In this document: positions 32,711 to 42,095 of the stretch, one piece after another
Numbering within the stretch: position 1 is the first letter of the stretch
Layout of the letters: the number at the start of each line of letters is the position of its first letter
Position numbers and translations under genes: made by a program
The notes under the pieces: model-generated
What the model saw: the letters and a program-made list of their open reading frames with translations, nothing else
The model's database searches: none
What the model was told of the DNA's origin: nothing
Assembly: GCA_044344255.1 (NCBI GenBank)
Contig: JBIJDH010000013.1
Coordinates: 128,001-192,000, forward strand
DNA: 64,000 bases
Direction: 5' to 3'
Source of the DNA: Myxococcota bacterium
GTDB lineage: Bacteria; Myxococcota_A; UBA796; UBA2385

Positions 32711-32869
32711 CTCGCCTCCGGCGACGCGGGCCCCGCCGCGGGAGGGTGCGACCTGGGACGAGGGCCTGCGGTCAAGACCTGGAGCTGAGGCGAGCCCCAG
32801 GCATGTGAGTGTTAGCTCGTATCGCCCCGCCCCACCCTTGTCATGGAGGGCCGCTCCTCTGCAGGGCGC

Positions 32870-34180
32870 TCACTCGACGAGCGCGACCGGCAGCGAATTG
32901 GCGATGTCCTCGAAGATGGGGATGAGCGCCGCTGAGCTCGCCGTATTGGTGTAGTAGCCCACCCCCTTCGGCATCGTCTGCATGAACGGACCTGTTTGAA
33001 CAAATGAGATGACCCATGTGTTTACGCCATCTGCGTCATACATGTTGGTGGTCAAGGTGTTTGACTCCGTCTTGATCTGGGTGGTCGTGTGCGGCACGGC
33101 GCCGATCAGCTCTCGCCAACGCACCTCATTGTAACCGAGCTGAGTTCGAAACACTCCATTGGTCGCTGACAGTCCGTTCGGTATGCCATCGGTGAGCACC
33201 ACCATCGCTCGGAAGGCGGTGGGGTCGCTCTGTTCGAGGAACATCGTACGGGCCAGCGTGATCCCCACGGTGTGATCGGTGCCGGGCTCATCGGTGTACT
33301 CACGCGGCATCGCCGGATAGCAACCCCCCGTCGGGCTGGTGAACACGTTACGAGCCGCGTTCTTCGTCGTCGGGCTGGTGTCCGACTTGAGGGAGCACTC
33401 CTGTGGGAACACTCGGCCGGTGCCACCCTTGCTCGCGACGTTCAACAGGAGCCAATTCGAACGTGCGGTGTGGCTGGTCACCTCGTCGCGAATGTAGCTC
33501 ATCGGTGTGTACTCGAGTGCGTACCGACCGGTGAAGATCGACATCCCAAACATGTCATGCTGTCCATACGCGTTCTCGAAGACGTCCAAGAACGCGATCG
33601 ACGCGTCTCGCGCGTTCCGGAAGTTGGTCTGGTTCCAGGATCCGGTGATGTCCATGACGAGCACGATGTGAAGCGCCTGAGTGGCCGCCGTCGCGCTCCG
33701 CCGGACGTCGGCCTCTGTCAGGCCGAAGATCCCAGCGAGAAACAGCTGAATGGCGTGCTCGCCCGCGCGGGAGACCGTCACCCGCACGGCGTTCGGGCTG
33801 GTCTCGGTCGCCGTGAAGGCCGGCGGGACGCTCCGGTAGTCCCACTGTCCGAAGGTCACCCCATCGAGGGTGGGCACCTCGCCGATGACCTCGTTCTGCG
33901 CCACCAGGAGCTCGGCCGCGGCGCGCGCGTTGGCGACGTCGCCGGTGCGACGGAGTCGGTACACCGCGGCTTGGGCGGCGGCGTCGGCGATGTCTTGGGC
34001 CTCCAGCTCCGCGAGACGGATGATGGTCATGTCGATCGCGAGCGCGCCGAAGCCAAGGAGGACGACGATGGCAAAAGCGAACAAGATCGCGTAAGCGCCC
34101 CGCTCTCCGCGCGCGGCCAGGACACCGAGCCGGGCGCTCACACGCCGGCGTCCACGGTGAAACAGCCTGGATACGTCCAC
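32870..34180 (-). CDS. tadG: TadG-like pseudopilin with vWA domain
   Basis: ERGAYAILFA prepilin-like cleavage site; ALAID...AQDIADAAAQAA; MIDAS-like MDITGS and VVLTDG. Confidence 0.85.
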   Translation of the reverse strand: MDVSRLFHRGRRRVSARLGVLAARGERGAYAILFAFAIVVLLGFGALAIDMTIIRLAELEAQDIADAAAQAAVYRLRRTGDVANARAAAELLVAQNEVIGEVPTLDGVTFGQWDYRSVPPAFTATETSPNAVRVTVSRAGEHAIQLFLAGIFGLTEADVRRSATAATQALHIVLVMDITGSWNQTNFRNARDASIAFLDVFENAYGQHDMFGMSIFTGRYALEYTPMSYIRDEVTSHTARSNWLLLNVASKGGTGRVFPQECSLKSDTSPTTKNAARNVFTSPTGGCYPAMPREYTDEPGTDHTVGITLARTMFLEQSDPTAFRAMVVLTDGIPNGLSATNGVFRTQLGYNEVRWRELIGAVPHTTTQIKTESNTLTTNMYDADGVNTWVISFVQTGPFMQTMPKGVGYYTNTASSAALIPIFEDIANSLPVALVE

Positions 34181-34206
34181 TTTTACCTTCCAGCCGGGTG
34201 AGATGC

Positions 34207-34650
34207 CTACTGTTGCTGGGTCATCATGGTGAAGCGGGCCGTGGCGACGTCGGGCAAGAAGCGGACCAGCCCGACCGCCGGTGAGAAGGGGATCGACACC
34301 TCCACCTTGACGAACCAGGTGGTCTCCACCAGGAACCAGCTCGCCGTCACATTGCAGGCAAGCCCACAGGTGTGACCGAGCTCGTCGAGCAACAAGACGG
34401 CCTGATCTTCGGCGGCCTGCTCAATCAGGGCGCCGGTGGGCGCGGGGCCCTCCATCACGGAGGAGCCCACCCGGGCCCCCTCCCGCGCGGCGCGGGAGAC
34501 GAAGGCGATGTTGCGGACGAACACGGCGAGATCGATGACCGCGCCCACGAGGATGAGCAGGATCGGCAAGCACAACGCGAACTCCACCGCGTCTCCGCCC
34601 GCCCGCGCGCGCCGTTGACGGGGCGCCTTACCGGACCGAGGCGACGTCAT
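34207..34650 (-). CDS. tadE: TadE-family minor pilin
   Basis: G/GDAVEFALCLPIL and AAREGAR. Confidence 0.85.
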   Translation of the reverse strand: MTSPRSGKAPRQRRARAGGDAVEFALCLPILLILVGAVIDLAVFVRNIAFVSRAAREGARVGSSVMEGPAPTGALIEQAAEDQAVLLLDELGHTCGLACNVTASWFLVETTWFVKVEVSIPFSPAVGLVRFLPDVATARFTMMTQQQ

Positions 34651-35090
34651 CGCTGCCACTCCATCCGAGCGGCCATCGTCGCCGACATGTTCGCGCTGCG
34701 CAAGGCGAGGCCCACGAGGGGATCGACCGCGTGGGTCACGGTGCACCGCAGGTTGCGCGTCGGTCGGACGCCGAAGGGCTCGATGGTGATCAGGCAGTCC
34801 GCCGGGTCACAGGCGAGCCCGCCGCCCGCCAAGGAGGCGCGGAGCGCGTCGGCGGTCGCGGTCTGCAGGGCCAGGAGGTCGATGTCGTCCTTCCCCGGGT
34901 CTCGCAGCGCGCCGACCCGGCAGGCCGCGGTCACGGCGGCGTCCAGGGCCGAACGCTGGTAGGCCATCCAGCCGAAGTCGAAGATCGCCGCCAACATCCC
35001 GACGAAGACAGGGAGTAACATACTGAATTCCGTGGTCTCTGAGCCGAGGCGACCTCGCCTCCTGCTGGCCCCGCGGAGCGCGCTCAGCAT
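34647..35090 (-). CDS. tadE: TadE-family minor pilin
   Basis: G/SETTEFSMLLPVF and AVTAACRVGA; GGAG RBS; ATGA overlap with the next tadE. Confidence 0.8.
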   Translation of the reverse strand: MLSALRGASRRRGRLGSETTEFSMLLPVFVGMLAAIFDFGWMAYQRSALDAAVTAACRVGALRDPGKDDIDLLALQTATADALRASLAGGGLACDPADCLITIEPFGVRPTRNLRCTVTHAVDPLVGLALRSANMSATMAARMEWQR

Positions 35091-35130
35091 GACGGACTCC
35101 CGGTCAGAATTTGCCGTTCTCACCCCTCCC

Positions 35131-36117
35131 CTAACCCAGCCGGCCCCCGCCGCCGTCACCCGGGGAGCCCTCATCGTGTCTGCCCTCCGTCCAGCGTCCT
35201 CCGCCGAGCGGGTAGGGTAGCGGTCGCCCGGCGACGAAGGCGGAGACGCTGGCCACGAGCCCGGCCGATACCGCCGCCGCCAGCCCCTCGTGGTAGCCCG
35301 CGGCGTGGGGCAGCAGCACGAGGCCGGGGAGGTCGGCCGAGCGCGCCATCCCGGGCCATGGCTCGGTCGCGAAGACGTCGAGGCCCAGGTACGCGAGGTG
35401 GCCCGCCTCGAGCGCCTCAATCGCCGCGGGGACGTCCACGCTCTCGCCCCGCGCCGTGTTGACCAGCACGAGGCCGGGGCGCACTACCTCGAGGGCCGCG
35501 CGGGAGATCAGGCCCCGACTGCGGTCATTGAGGTCACAGTGCAAGGTGATGGCCGAGCAGCGCTGCAGCATCTCCTCGACCGAGCACGGCTCGACACCCG
35601 CCGGGAGGCCGGCTGGGTCGTCCCCGAGGACCTGCGCCCCAAAGGCCTGGAGGAGGCTCGCCACACGTCGCCCGATCACGCCCAGGCCGACCACGCCCAC
35701 CGGCTGATCTCGGAGCAGCCGCATCCCAAGGCTCGGCAGCTCTCTTCGCGCCCAGCGCCCGGCGAGCGCCGCCGCCCGCAATGACCCATGCGCCCGCAGC
35801 CCGTCGAGCAAGAGGCCGAGCGTGGTCTCCGCGACCGCGTCCCGCCGGGCCTCCGGGGTCCGCCCCGCCAACACGCCGAGCGCGGCGAGCGCTGGCAGAT
35901 CGAGGTGATCGGCGCCGCTCGTGGTGGTGAGCAGCAGCCGCGCGCTCGGCGCCCGCTGCCGAAGCTCCGCACCCACCCGCTCCTTGCTCGTGACGACGAC
36001 GATCTCCGCGTCGGCCCCAGGCTCGAGCACGGTGACATGCGCGGCCAGCGCGGCCCGCTCGGCCGCCAGGTGTGCGTCTGTCTCGTACTCGCTTCGTCCC
36101 CAACGGCTCAGGCGCAT
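35131..36117 (-). CDS. D-isomer-specific 2-hydroxyacid dehydrogenase family
   Basis: GVVGLGVIG, VNTARG, LDVFATEP, LPHAAG. Confidence 0.85.
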   Translation of the reverse strand: MRLSRWGRSEYETDAHLAAERAALAAHVTVLEPGADAEIVVVTSKERVGAELRQRAPSARLLLTTTSGADHLDLPALAALGVLAGRTPEARRDAVAETTLGLLLDGLRAHGSLRAAALAGRWARRELPSLGMRLLRDQPVGVVGLGVIGRRVASLLQAFGAQVLGDDPAGLPAGVEPCSVEEMLQRCSAITLHCDLNDRSRGLISRAALEVVRPGLVLVNTARGESVDVPAAIEALEAGHLAYLGLDVFATEPWPGMARSADLPGLVLLPHAAGYHEGLAAAVSAGLVASVSAFVAGRPLPYPLGGGRWTEGRHDEGSPGDGGGGRLG

Positions 36118-36144
36118 CGGCTCACCTTCCGCGGCTCTGCGGCA

Positions 36145-37692
36145 TCAACGCTCCAGGTACCCGAGGGCCCGCAAGGCGTCGACGGTGTCCCCGTCCACCG
36201 CCTCGGGGTCGCTCTGCGGCGGCGACCGGACATCGAGGACGTAGCGCCCGTCTGCCTGTCGGAGCGCGAAGGCCCGGCCGGCCCGGAGGCCGCCCACCGG
36301 GATCGCGATCAACGCCGGCGCGTCGGCGAGCTCCTCCCCCGCGGACAGCCCTGCGGCGGAGAGGAGGCTGTCGGCGAGGGCGGTGAGCGGCACGGGTGCC
36401 TCGATGCGGCGCCCCGGGGCCGTCCCCGGGCGGAGGGAGAGCTCGACCAGGAGCTGGGCATCGTCGAGGGCGCTGCCGTGCCCGAAGTGCCCCCCCTCCC
36501 CGAAGGCCTCTCCGTGATCGGAGGTCAGCGCGATCACGACCCCCGGCGGCGCCGCGGCGATCAGGTGATCCGTCAGCCGGCAGGTGGCCTGGACGTTGTC
36601 CTGCCACGCCGCCCGCCAGCCTGCGGGATCTTCGCCGGCGTCCCGGCCGAGCGGCATCCGACGGTACTCGTGGGGTCCGAGGAGGTGGACCCAGGTGAAG
36701 CGGGGGGCGTCGCCCGGACCGCGCAGCGAGGCCAGGGCCCCCTCCACGAGGCGCTCATCCCGCTCCAGCCGGACCCGGTCGTGGACCCGCCCCGAGAGGC
36801 GGCTCCAGAGGCCGAAGGCGGCGTGGGTGAAGGTGACGGGATCCCGAGCCCGGTCGCTGTGGTTCCAACGGGCGAAGCCCTCGGCGAAGCCGTTCTCCAC
36901 CCGAAGGTGCGGGTTCGAGACCCAGGCCTCCGTGCGGTAGCCCGCCGCCGCGAGGGCCGAGACGAAGCTCGGGTGCCCGGGTGCCCGCGTGGTGAAGCCC
37001 GCCGCAGTCGGCAGCCCGCCGCCGTGCTCGACCACCGGCTCTCCCGTGAAGAGGGAGTGGAAGGAGGGGAGCGTCCAGGGCGCGGCGGCCACCGCGCTCG
37101 AGTAGTGCGTCCAGCCCTCGATGGCCCCGCCCTGGCCCTGGGTAGCCCCCTCCGAGCAGCCTGGGCGGAGGCCTCCGTCGGCGCGCACGGTGTCCACCGT
37201 GATGAGCAGGATGTCCGGCAGATTCACGATATATTCAGGTATAACGGTTGTTACATTACGATACAGCCCTTCACTTGCTCCCACGGGGAGCGAGTCGGGT
37301 CGGGCAGCCCGCAAGGCGGGCGTCGCCAGGGCGCCGAGCACGCTCAGTCCGAGGGCGAGGCGGGGCCGTGGGAGGCCGACCAGACCAAGGAGCAGCACGG
37401 CGGCCCAGCCCCAGGACGGGGACAGCCCACCGCCGCGCGCCGCCTCGGGCCCCCAGACCGCGGCCCAGGCGAGGACCCCCACCAGCACCGCGCGCGGGGG
37501 CCGAGCGAGGCTGGGGATCCCGTAGAGGAGCCCGAGGCCGAGGAGCCCGAGGCCGAGCTCCGACAGGCCCAGCGGCGGATCGAGCGGGCAGGGGGCGAGC
37601 GCCGCCACCGCAGCCTCCACGCCGATGAAGCCCGCCGCCGCCAGCGTAGCGGCGACGAGCGGAGGCAGCGGTGCGGGCCACGAACGCTTCAC
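36145..37692 (-). CDS. Membrane-anchored sulfatase-like hydrolase/transferase (alkaline phosphatase superfamily, Thr nucleophile)
   Basis: N-terminal TM segments; LLITVDTVRAD, APWTLPSFHSLFTG, WVHLLGPHEY, TSDHGE, LRALGYL; GTGA overlap with the upstream gene. Confidence 0.8.
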   Translation of the reverse strand: MKRSWPAPLPPLVAATLAAAGFIGVEAAVAALAPCPLDPPLGLSELGLGLLGLGLLYGIPSLARPPRAVLVGVLAWAAVWGPEAARGGGLSPSWGWAAVLLLGLVGLPRPRLALGLSVLGALATPALRAARPDSLPVGASEGLYRNVTTVIPEYIVNLPDILLITVDTVRADGGLRPGCSEGATQGQGGAIEGWTHYSSAVAAAPWTLPSFHSLFTGEPVVEHGGGLPTAAGFTTRAPGHPSFVSALAAAGYRTEAWVSNPHLRVENGFAEGFARWNHSDRARDPVTFTHAAFGLWSRLSGRVHDRVRLERDERLVEGALASLRGPGDAPRFTWVHLLGPHEYRRMPLGRDAGEDPAGWRAAWQDNVQATCRLTDHLIAAAPPGVVIALTSDHGEAFGEGGHFGHGSALDDAQLLVELSLRPGTAPGRRIEAPVPLTALADSLLSAAGLSAGEELADAPALIAIPVGGLRAGRAFALRQADGRYVLDVRSPPQSDPEAVDGDTVDALRALGYLER

Positions 37693-38621
37693 GCGGGGAC
37701 ACGATCCCGCCAGCGCTTGCCGCTGTGGTACCACCAGGAGCGGGGCAGCCCCTGGCGGTCTCGGGTGGCGTCTCGGATCCGGGGGAGGGGCAGATCGAGC
37801 TGATCGGCCCTCACCTCGCCCACCTCCACCGGGAAACGAAGGGTGGCCCTGCCAAAGACAGCGGTGTGATCGGGCAGGAGCTGGGTCTTGGTGCGGGTCG
37901 CCGCGAGGAAGACGCGCGCCGAGGGCCGCTCCGCGAGCCACCACGGGAGCTCGACGGTGGGACCGCCGACCCCACAGCGCCACCGCTGATCTCCGACCTC
38001 GACCTGGAGCTCCACGTCCGCCGGCGCATAGGGGCCGCGCCACTCCACCCGCCAACCACCGTCGGAGAGCAGGCGGACCGACTGCACGACCAGCCGATCC
38101 CCGAACTGGAGCGCCCCGGGCAGCGAGAGCGACCAGCCCTCCCCGCCGACGCTCCGCGCCGTCACCGGTTGCCAGCCAAGGTCGAGCTCCGCGCGCCGCA
38201 CTCCCTCGTAGCGGCCCCGCTCCGGGTTCCAGGGCAGCGGCAGCTCATCGCTGACCTGGAGCGCGAAGGCCTCTACCGGCCGCGTTCCGGCGGGGCCCGG
38301 CTCGATCGGCCCACAGTGGTCCGGAGAGATCGCCGAGCGCGGCGGGGCGCGCCCGAGCAGGACCTTGGCCGTGGCCTCTGTCCGCTCGGGGCCAACACGA
38401 AGCTCATCGACGTCGGAGGACATCTCGATGATTACGCTGCGGCGAACCTCTCCGGCGAGCGAGACGAGCGATGTCGGCGGCGAGGGTGATCGACCGCCCA
38501 GGATCCCCTCGGTCGTCCCGAGCTGGGAGCCGAGGCTGTACGCGACGAGCAAGCCGACGAGCCAACCAAGCTGGAGCGTCCCGCGGGTCTTCTCGTCGGG
38601 GAGGGGCCGGTTCCACCGCAT
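37689..38621 (-). CDS. Hypothetical protein with N-terminal membrane anchor
   Basis: GGGAGG RBS, one hydrophobic segment, translationally coupled to the sulfatase-like gene. Confidence 0.55.
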   Translation of the reverse strand: MRWNRPLPDEKTRGTLQLGWLVGLLVAYSLGSQLGTTEGILGGRSPSPPTSLVSLAGEVRRSVIIEMSSDVDELRVGPERTEATAKVLLGRAPPRSAISPDHCGPIEPGPAGTRPVEAFALQVSDELPLPWNPERGRYEGVRRAELDLGWQPVTARSVGGEGWSLSLPGALQFGDRLVVQSVRLLSDGGWRVEWRGPYAPADVELQVEVGDQRWRCGVGGPTVELPWWLAERPSARVFLAATRTKTQLLPDHTAVFGRATLRFPVEVGEVRADQLDLPLPRIRDATRDRQGLPRSWWYHSGKRWRDRVPA

Positions 38622-38869
38622 GTCACCCTCCCTGTATCCGGATGAAGGCCCACCGAGTCAACCCAAGCGCGGCGCGACGTGTTCCACGAGGGAGCACGAC
38701 CGCGCCTGCGGCGGCGCAGCGGAATGCGCGCGGGCCCGTTGCCGACCCCTGGGGGGGGGCATTAGGAACTGAATCACCATTCACTGACCGCTGGTACGCA
38801 GCCCGCGCGACCCCGCCCGATCATCCCATCGGGGGGCGAGGCCGGGCGACCAGCCTCCGAGGGAGCCCC

Positions 38870-40690
38870 ATGAGCGCCACCGAGTACGAGATCGACCTCC
38901 GCGACATCCGCTTCGTCCTCCACGAGCAGATGCGGATCTCGGAGAGCCTGAAGAGCATCCCTCGCTACGCTGAGCTCGACCGCGACACCCTCGACTCCTT
39001 CCTCGACGAGTGTGGCCGCGTGGCCCTCGAAGTCCTCGCCCGCTCCAACCGCGACGGGGACCGCATCGGCTGTAAGCTCGACGCAGACGGCAACGTCACC
39101 ACCCCCCCGGGCTTCAAGGAGGCCTGGAAGGCCACCACCGACGGCGGCTGGAACGCGCTCTGCGCCGACGAGCAGTACGGCGGCATGGGCATGCCCCAGT
39201 CCCTCGGCGCGGCGGTGGGCGAGATCCTGACCGGCGCCAACACCGCCTTTGCCACCTACCCGGGCCTCGGCCGCGCGGCGGCCAACCTCCTCGCCGAGTA
39301 TGCCCCCGAGCCCCACCGCACCCTCTGCTGCACCAAGCTCTTCAGCGGCGAGTGGTGCGGCACGATGTGCTTGACCGAGGCCGGCGCCGGCAGCTCTGTG
39401 GGCGACAACCGCGCCAAGGCCGTCCCCCTCGGCGAGGGCGATCTCTACGAGATCACCGGCGAGAAGATGTTCATCACCGCCGGTGACCAGGACCTCACGA
39501 GCAACATCATCCACCTCGTGCTCGCCCGCACTCCGGGCGCCCCGGCCGGCACCAAGGGCCTGTCGATCTTCCTCGTCCCCAAGTTCATGTACGACGCCGA
39601 GGGCAACCTCGGGGAGCGGAACGGCGCCTTCGTCGAGAAGATCGAAGAGAAGATGGGCATCCACGGGAGCGCCACCACCGTGCTCTCCCTCGGCGCGCGC
39701 AGCAAGTGTGTGGGCTGGCTCCTCGGTCGCGAGAACGAGGGCATGAAGATCATGTTCCACATGATGAACGAGGCCCGCATCGCGGTCGGCGTGCAGGGCC
39801 TCGCCGCCGCCTCCAGCGCCTACTTGAACGCCCTCGCCTACGCCAAGGATCGCGTCCAGGGCCAGGCCGTTGAGCGCTTCGGCGACAACTCCGCCCCGGC
39901 GATCACCATCATCGAGCACCCCGACGTCCGCCGCATGCTGCTGTGGCAGAAGGTGCACGTCGAGACCATGCGCTCCTTCGTCTACACCTGCGCCAACCGG
40001 CTCGATCGCGCCATGAACTCGACCGACGCCGAGGAGCGCGAGTACCTCATGGGCCTGGTCGAGCTGGCGACGCCGATCATCAAGTCCTACTGCACCGACA
40101 AGGGCTTCGAGGTCACGGTGATGGCCCTGCAGACCTACGGTGGCTACGGCTACATCGGCGAGTACCCCGTCGAGCAGACCGTCCGCGACGCCAAGATCTC
40201 CAGCATCTACGAGGGCACGAACGGGATCCAGGCGATGGACCTCCTCGGCCGCAAGATGCGCAAGGGCGGCGGCATGCTCTTCATGAACTGGCTCAACGAG
40301 GCCAATGAAGAGATCGAGAAGGCCAAGGCGATCAGCGACTTCGCGGCCGACGTGGACGCCCTCGAGAAGGCCCGTGATGGCCTCGGCGCCAGCGCGATGC
40401 ACCTCGGCGGCCTCGGCATGGCCGGCAACCTCCGCGGCGCGATGCTCAACTCGATGAACTTCCTCAACCAGTTCGGCTGCGTGACCCTCGGGCTCCACGC
40501 CCTCTCGCAGGCCCGCATCGCGAAGGCGGCGCTCGACGCGGGCGCCACCGGGGCGGACGCGCGCTTCTACAAGGGCAAGATCTCCAACCTGAAGTTCTAT
40601 GTGAACCAGGTCCTGCCCGGGGCCACCGCCCTCGGCCGCTCGATCCGCTCGGGTGACGAGAGCAGCCTCGACGCCGACCTCTTCGCCTAA
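38870..40690 (+). CDS. Acyl-CoA dehydrogenase (long, about 600-aa type)
   Basis: GTMCLTEAGAGS, ITGEKMFITAG, KGLSIFLVPK, EEKMGIHGSAT, FHMMNEARI, YEGTNGIQAMDL. Confidence 0.95.
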   Translation: MSATEYEIDLRDIRFVLHEQMRISESLKSIPRYAELDRDTLDSFLDECGRVALEVLARSNRDGDRIGCKLDADGNVTTPPGFKEAWKATTDGGWNALCADEQYGGMGMPQSLGAAVGEILTGANTAFATYPGLGRAAANLLAEYAPEPHRTLCCTKLFSGEWCGTMCLTEAGAGSSVGDNRAKAVPLGEGDLYEITGEKMFITAGDQDLTSNIIHLVLARTPGAPAGTKGLSIFLVPKFMYDAEGNLGERNGAFVEKIEEKMGIHGSATTVLSLGARSKCVGWLLGRENEGMKIMFHMMNEARIAVGVQGLAAASSAYLNALAYAKDRVQGQAVERFGDNSAPAITIIEHPDVRRMLLWQKVHVETMRSFVYTCANRLDRAMNSTDAEEREYLMGLVELATPIIKSYCTDKGFEVTVMALQTYGGYGYIGEYPVEQTVRDAKISSIYEGTNGIQAMDLLGRKMRKGGGMLFMNWLNEANEEIEKAKAISDFAADVDALEKARDGLGASAMHLGGLGMAGNLRGAMLNSMNFLNQFGCVTLGLHALSQARIAKAALDAGATGADARFYKGKISNLKFYVNQVLPGATALGRSIRSGDESSLDADLFA

Positions 40691-40732
40691 AGCTGGGTAG
40701 ATCCGGGCGGCCCGGCCGCCAACGACGGCGGG

Positions 40733-40783
40733 AGCTCTGCGGGGCTCCCCCCGCTTCGTGAGCGGGAGCCCCACCCGGAGCTC
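40733..40783. terminator. Long imperfect hairpin between convergent acyl-CoA dehydrogenase and namZ
   Basis: Nested stems GAGCTCTG/CGGAGCTC, GGGGCT/AGCCCC and CCCGCT/AGCGGG. Confidence 0.45.
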
Positions 40784-40802
40784 GCCCCCCCCACCGGGGC
40801 CG

Positions 40803-41972
40803 TCAAGGGTACAGCAGGCAGGGCTCCCGCTGCTCGATGAAGAGGTCGAGCTCGGGCTTCCAGCCCTCCATCAGCTCTCGCGGGCGAACCCGGCTCTCGA
40901 GCCCCACGCGGGCCTCATGCGAGCCGCAGAGGAGGTCGATCGCGATCGGGCTGTCGACGAACTCGTAGGTCTCGGTGCGCCAACGGAAGGAGTCGGGGGC
41001 GGCGCGGAGGGCGGCCTCCAGCACCACGAGCCCGAGCAAGAAGGGCTCCATGCGGTCCCGATCGGTGACGAAGAGCTCGACGCCGTGGCAGGCCTGACCG
41101 GCGAACTTCTGGAAGCGCGGCTCAAAGGTGGCGGCGCGGAAGCCAACCCCGTGCAGGTGCGCGTCGACCGCACCCTGACGGCAGTAGCGAGTGAAACGCT
41201 CTCGATCGAGCCAGGGGGCGCCGACGAGGTGGAAGGGGCGGGTGGTGCCGCGCCCCTCGGAGAGGTTCGTCCCTTCGATCAGGCACATCCCGGGGTAGAT
41301 CGCCGCGGTCTCCAACATCGGCATGTTGGGCGAGGGGTAGACCCAGGGGAGCCCCGTCTGGTCGGCCCACTGGTCGCGGTGCCAGCCCTCACAGCGGATG
41401 ACCTCGTAGGCGCAGTCCACGCCCAGCACGTCCTTGAAGTAGGTGCCGAGCTCGCCCATCGTCATGCCGTGCCGCACCGCGAGGGGGTAGGCGGAGACAA
41501 AGCTCTCGTAGCCCGGGCGGACGACGTTCCCTTCGAGGGACACGCCGTCGATGGGGTTCGGGCGGTCGAGCACGACCACGCGCGTCCCCGTCTCACGGGC
41601 CACCTCCATGATGTAGCCGAGCGTGGCCTGGTACGTGTAATACCGGCTCCCGATGTCCTGAATGTCGAAGAGCAGCACGTCGAGGTCGGCCAGGAGCTCC
41701 GGCCTCGGCCGCAGCGTGGCGGCGCTGTCCCCATAGAGGGAGACCACCGCGGCGGCCCGGTCCTCCCCTTCGACCGGGATCATGTCCTGCGCCGTGGCGT
41801 CGAGGCCGTGCTCCGGCCCGAACAGCCGCGTGACCCCCACCCCGGCGGCCTGGAGGCGCGGGAGCGCGTGATCGAGCTCCGCCGTGATGGCGGTGTGGTT
41901 GCAGCAGAGGCCGACCCGCTGTCCGAGCAGGGGGGCCACATTGTCCAGCAGGACGTCCAGACCGGCGCGCAT
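40803..41972 (-). CDS. namZ: Exo-beta-N-acetylmuramidase NamZ family (DUF1343)
   Basis: LFGPEHG, FDIQDIGSRYYTY, LDRPNPI, RHGMTMGEL, PSPNMP, LSEGRGTTRPF. Confidence 0.92.
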   Translation of the reverse strand: MRAGLDVLLDNVAPLLGQRVGLCCNHTAITAELDHALPRLQAAGVGVTRLFGPEHGLDATAQDMIPVEGEDRAAAVVSLYGDSAATLRPRPELLADLDVLLFDIQDIGSRYYTYQATLGYIMEVARETGTRVVVLDRPNPIDGVSLEGNVVRPGYESFVSAYPLAVRHGMTMGELGTYFKDVLGVDCAYEVIRCEGWHRDQWADQTGLPWVYPSPNMPMLETAAIYPGMCLIEGTNLSEGRGTTRPFHLVGAPWLDRERFTRYCRQGAVDAHLHGVGFRAATFEPRFQKFAGQACHGVELFVTDRDRMEPFLLGLVVLEAALRAAPDSFRWRTETYEFVDSPIAIDLLCGSHEARVGLESRVRPRELMEGWKPELDLFIEQREPCLLYP

Positions 41973-42095
41973 GGTGCCTCAGGAGCGGAGGGGAAGAGAG
42001 GGCGGGTGACCAGGAGTCGCGGAGGGCAGACAGCCGGAGCGCGCCCCAGCAGACAGCGCCAGCTGTACAATCAGGGCCCATCCCCGAGGCCGACC

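Noticed and set aside
32711..32869. Hidden small Flp pilin gene between tadG and cpaB
   Set aside because: No ORF with a G/xxxxEY motif and a hydrophobic helix is visible on the minus strand.
37234..37261. dif-like TAA-N6-TTA core (TTCAGGTATAA CGGTTG TTACATTACGA), with a similar one at 42600-42627
   Set aside because: Both are inside coding sequence and neither has a convincing XerD arm (TTATGTTAAAT-like). They are treated as variants of the GTAAC/GTTAC palindrome instead.
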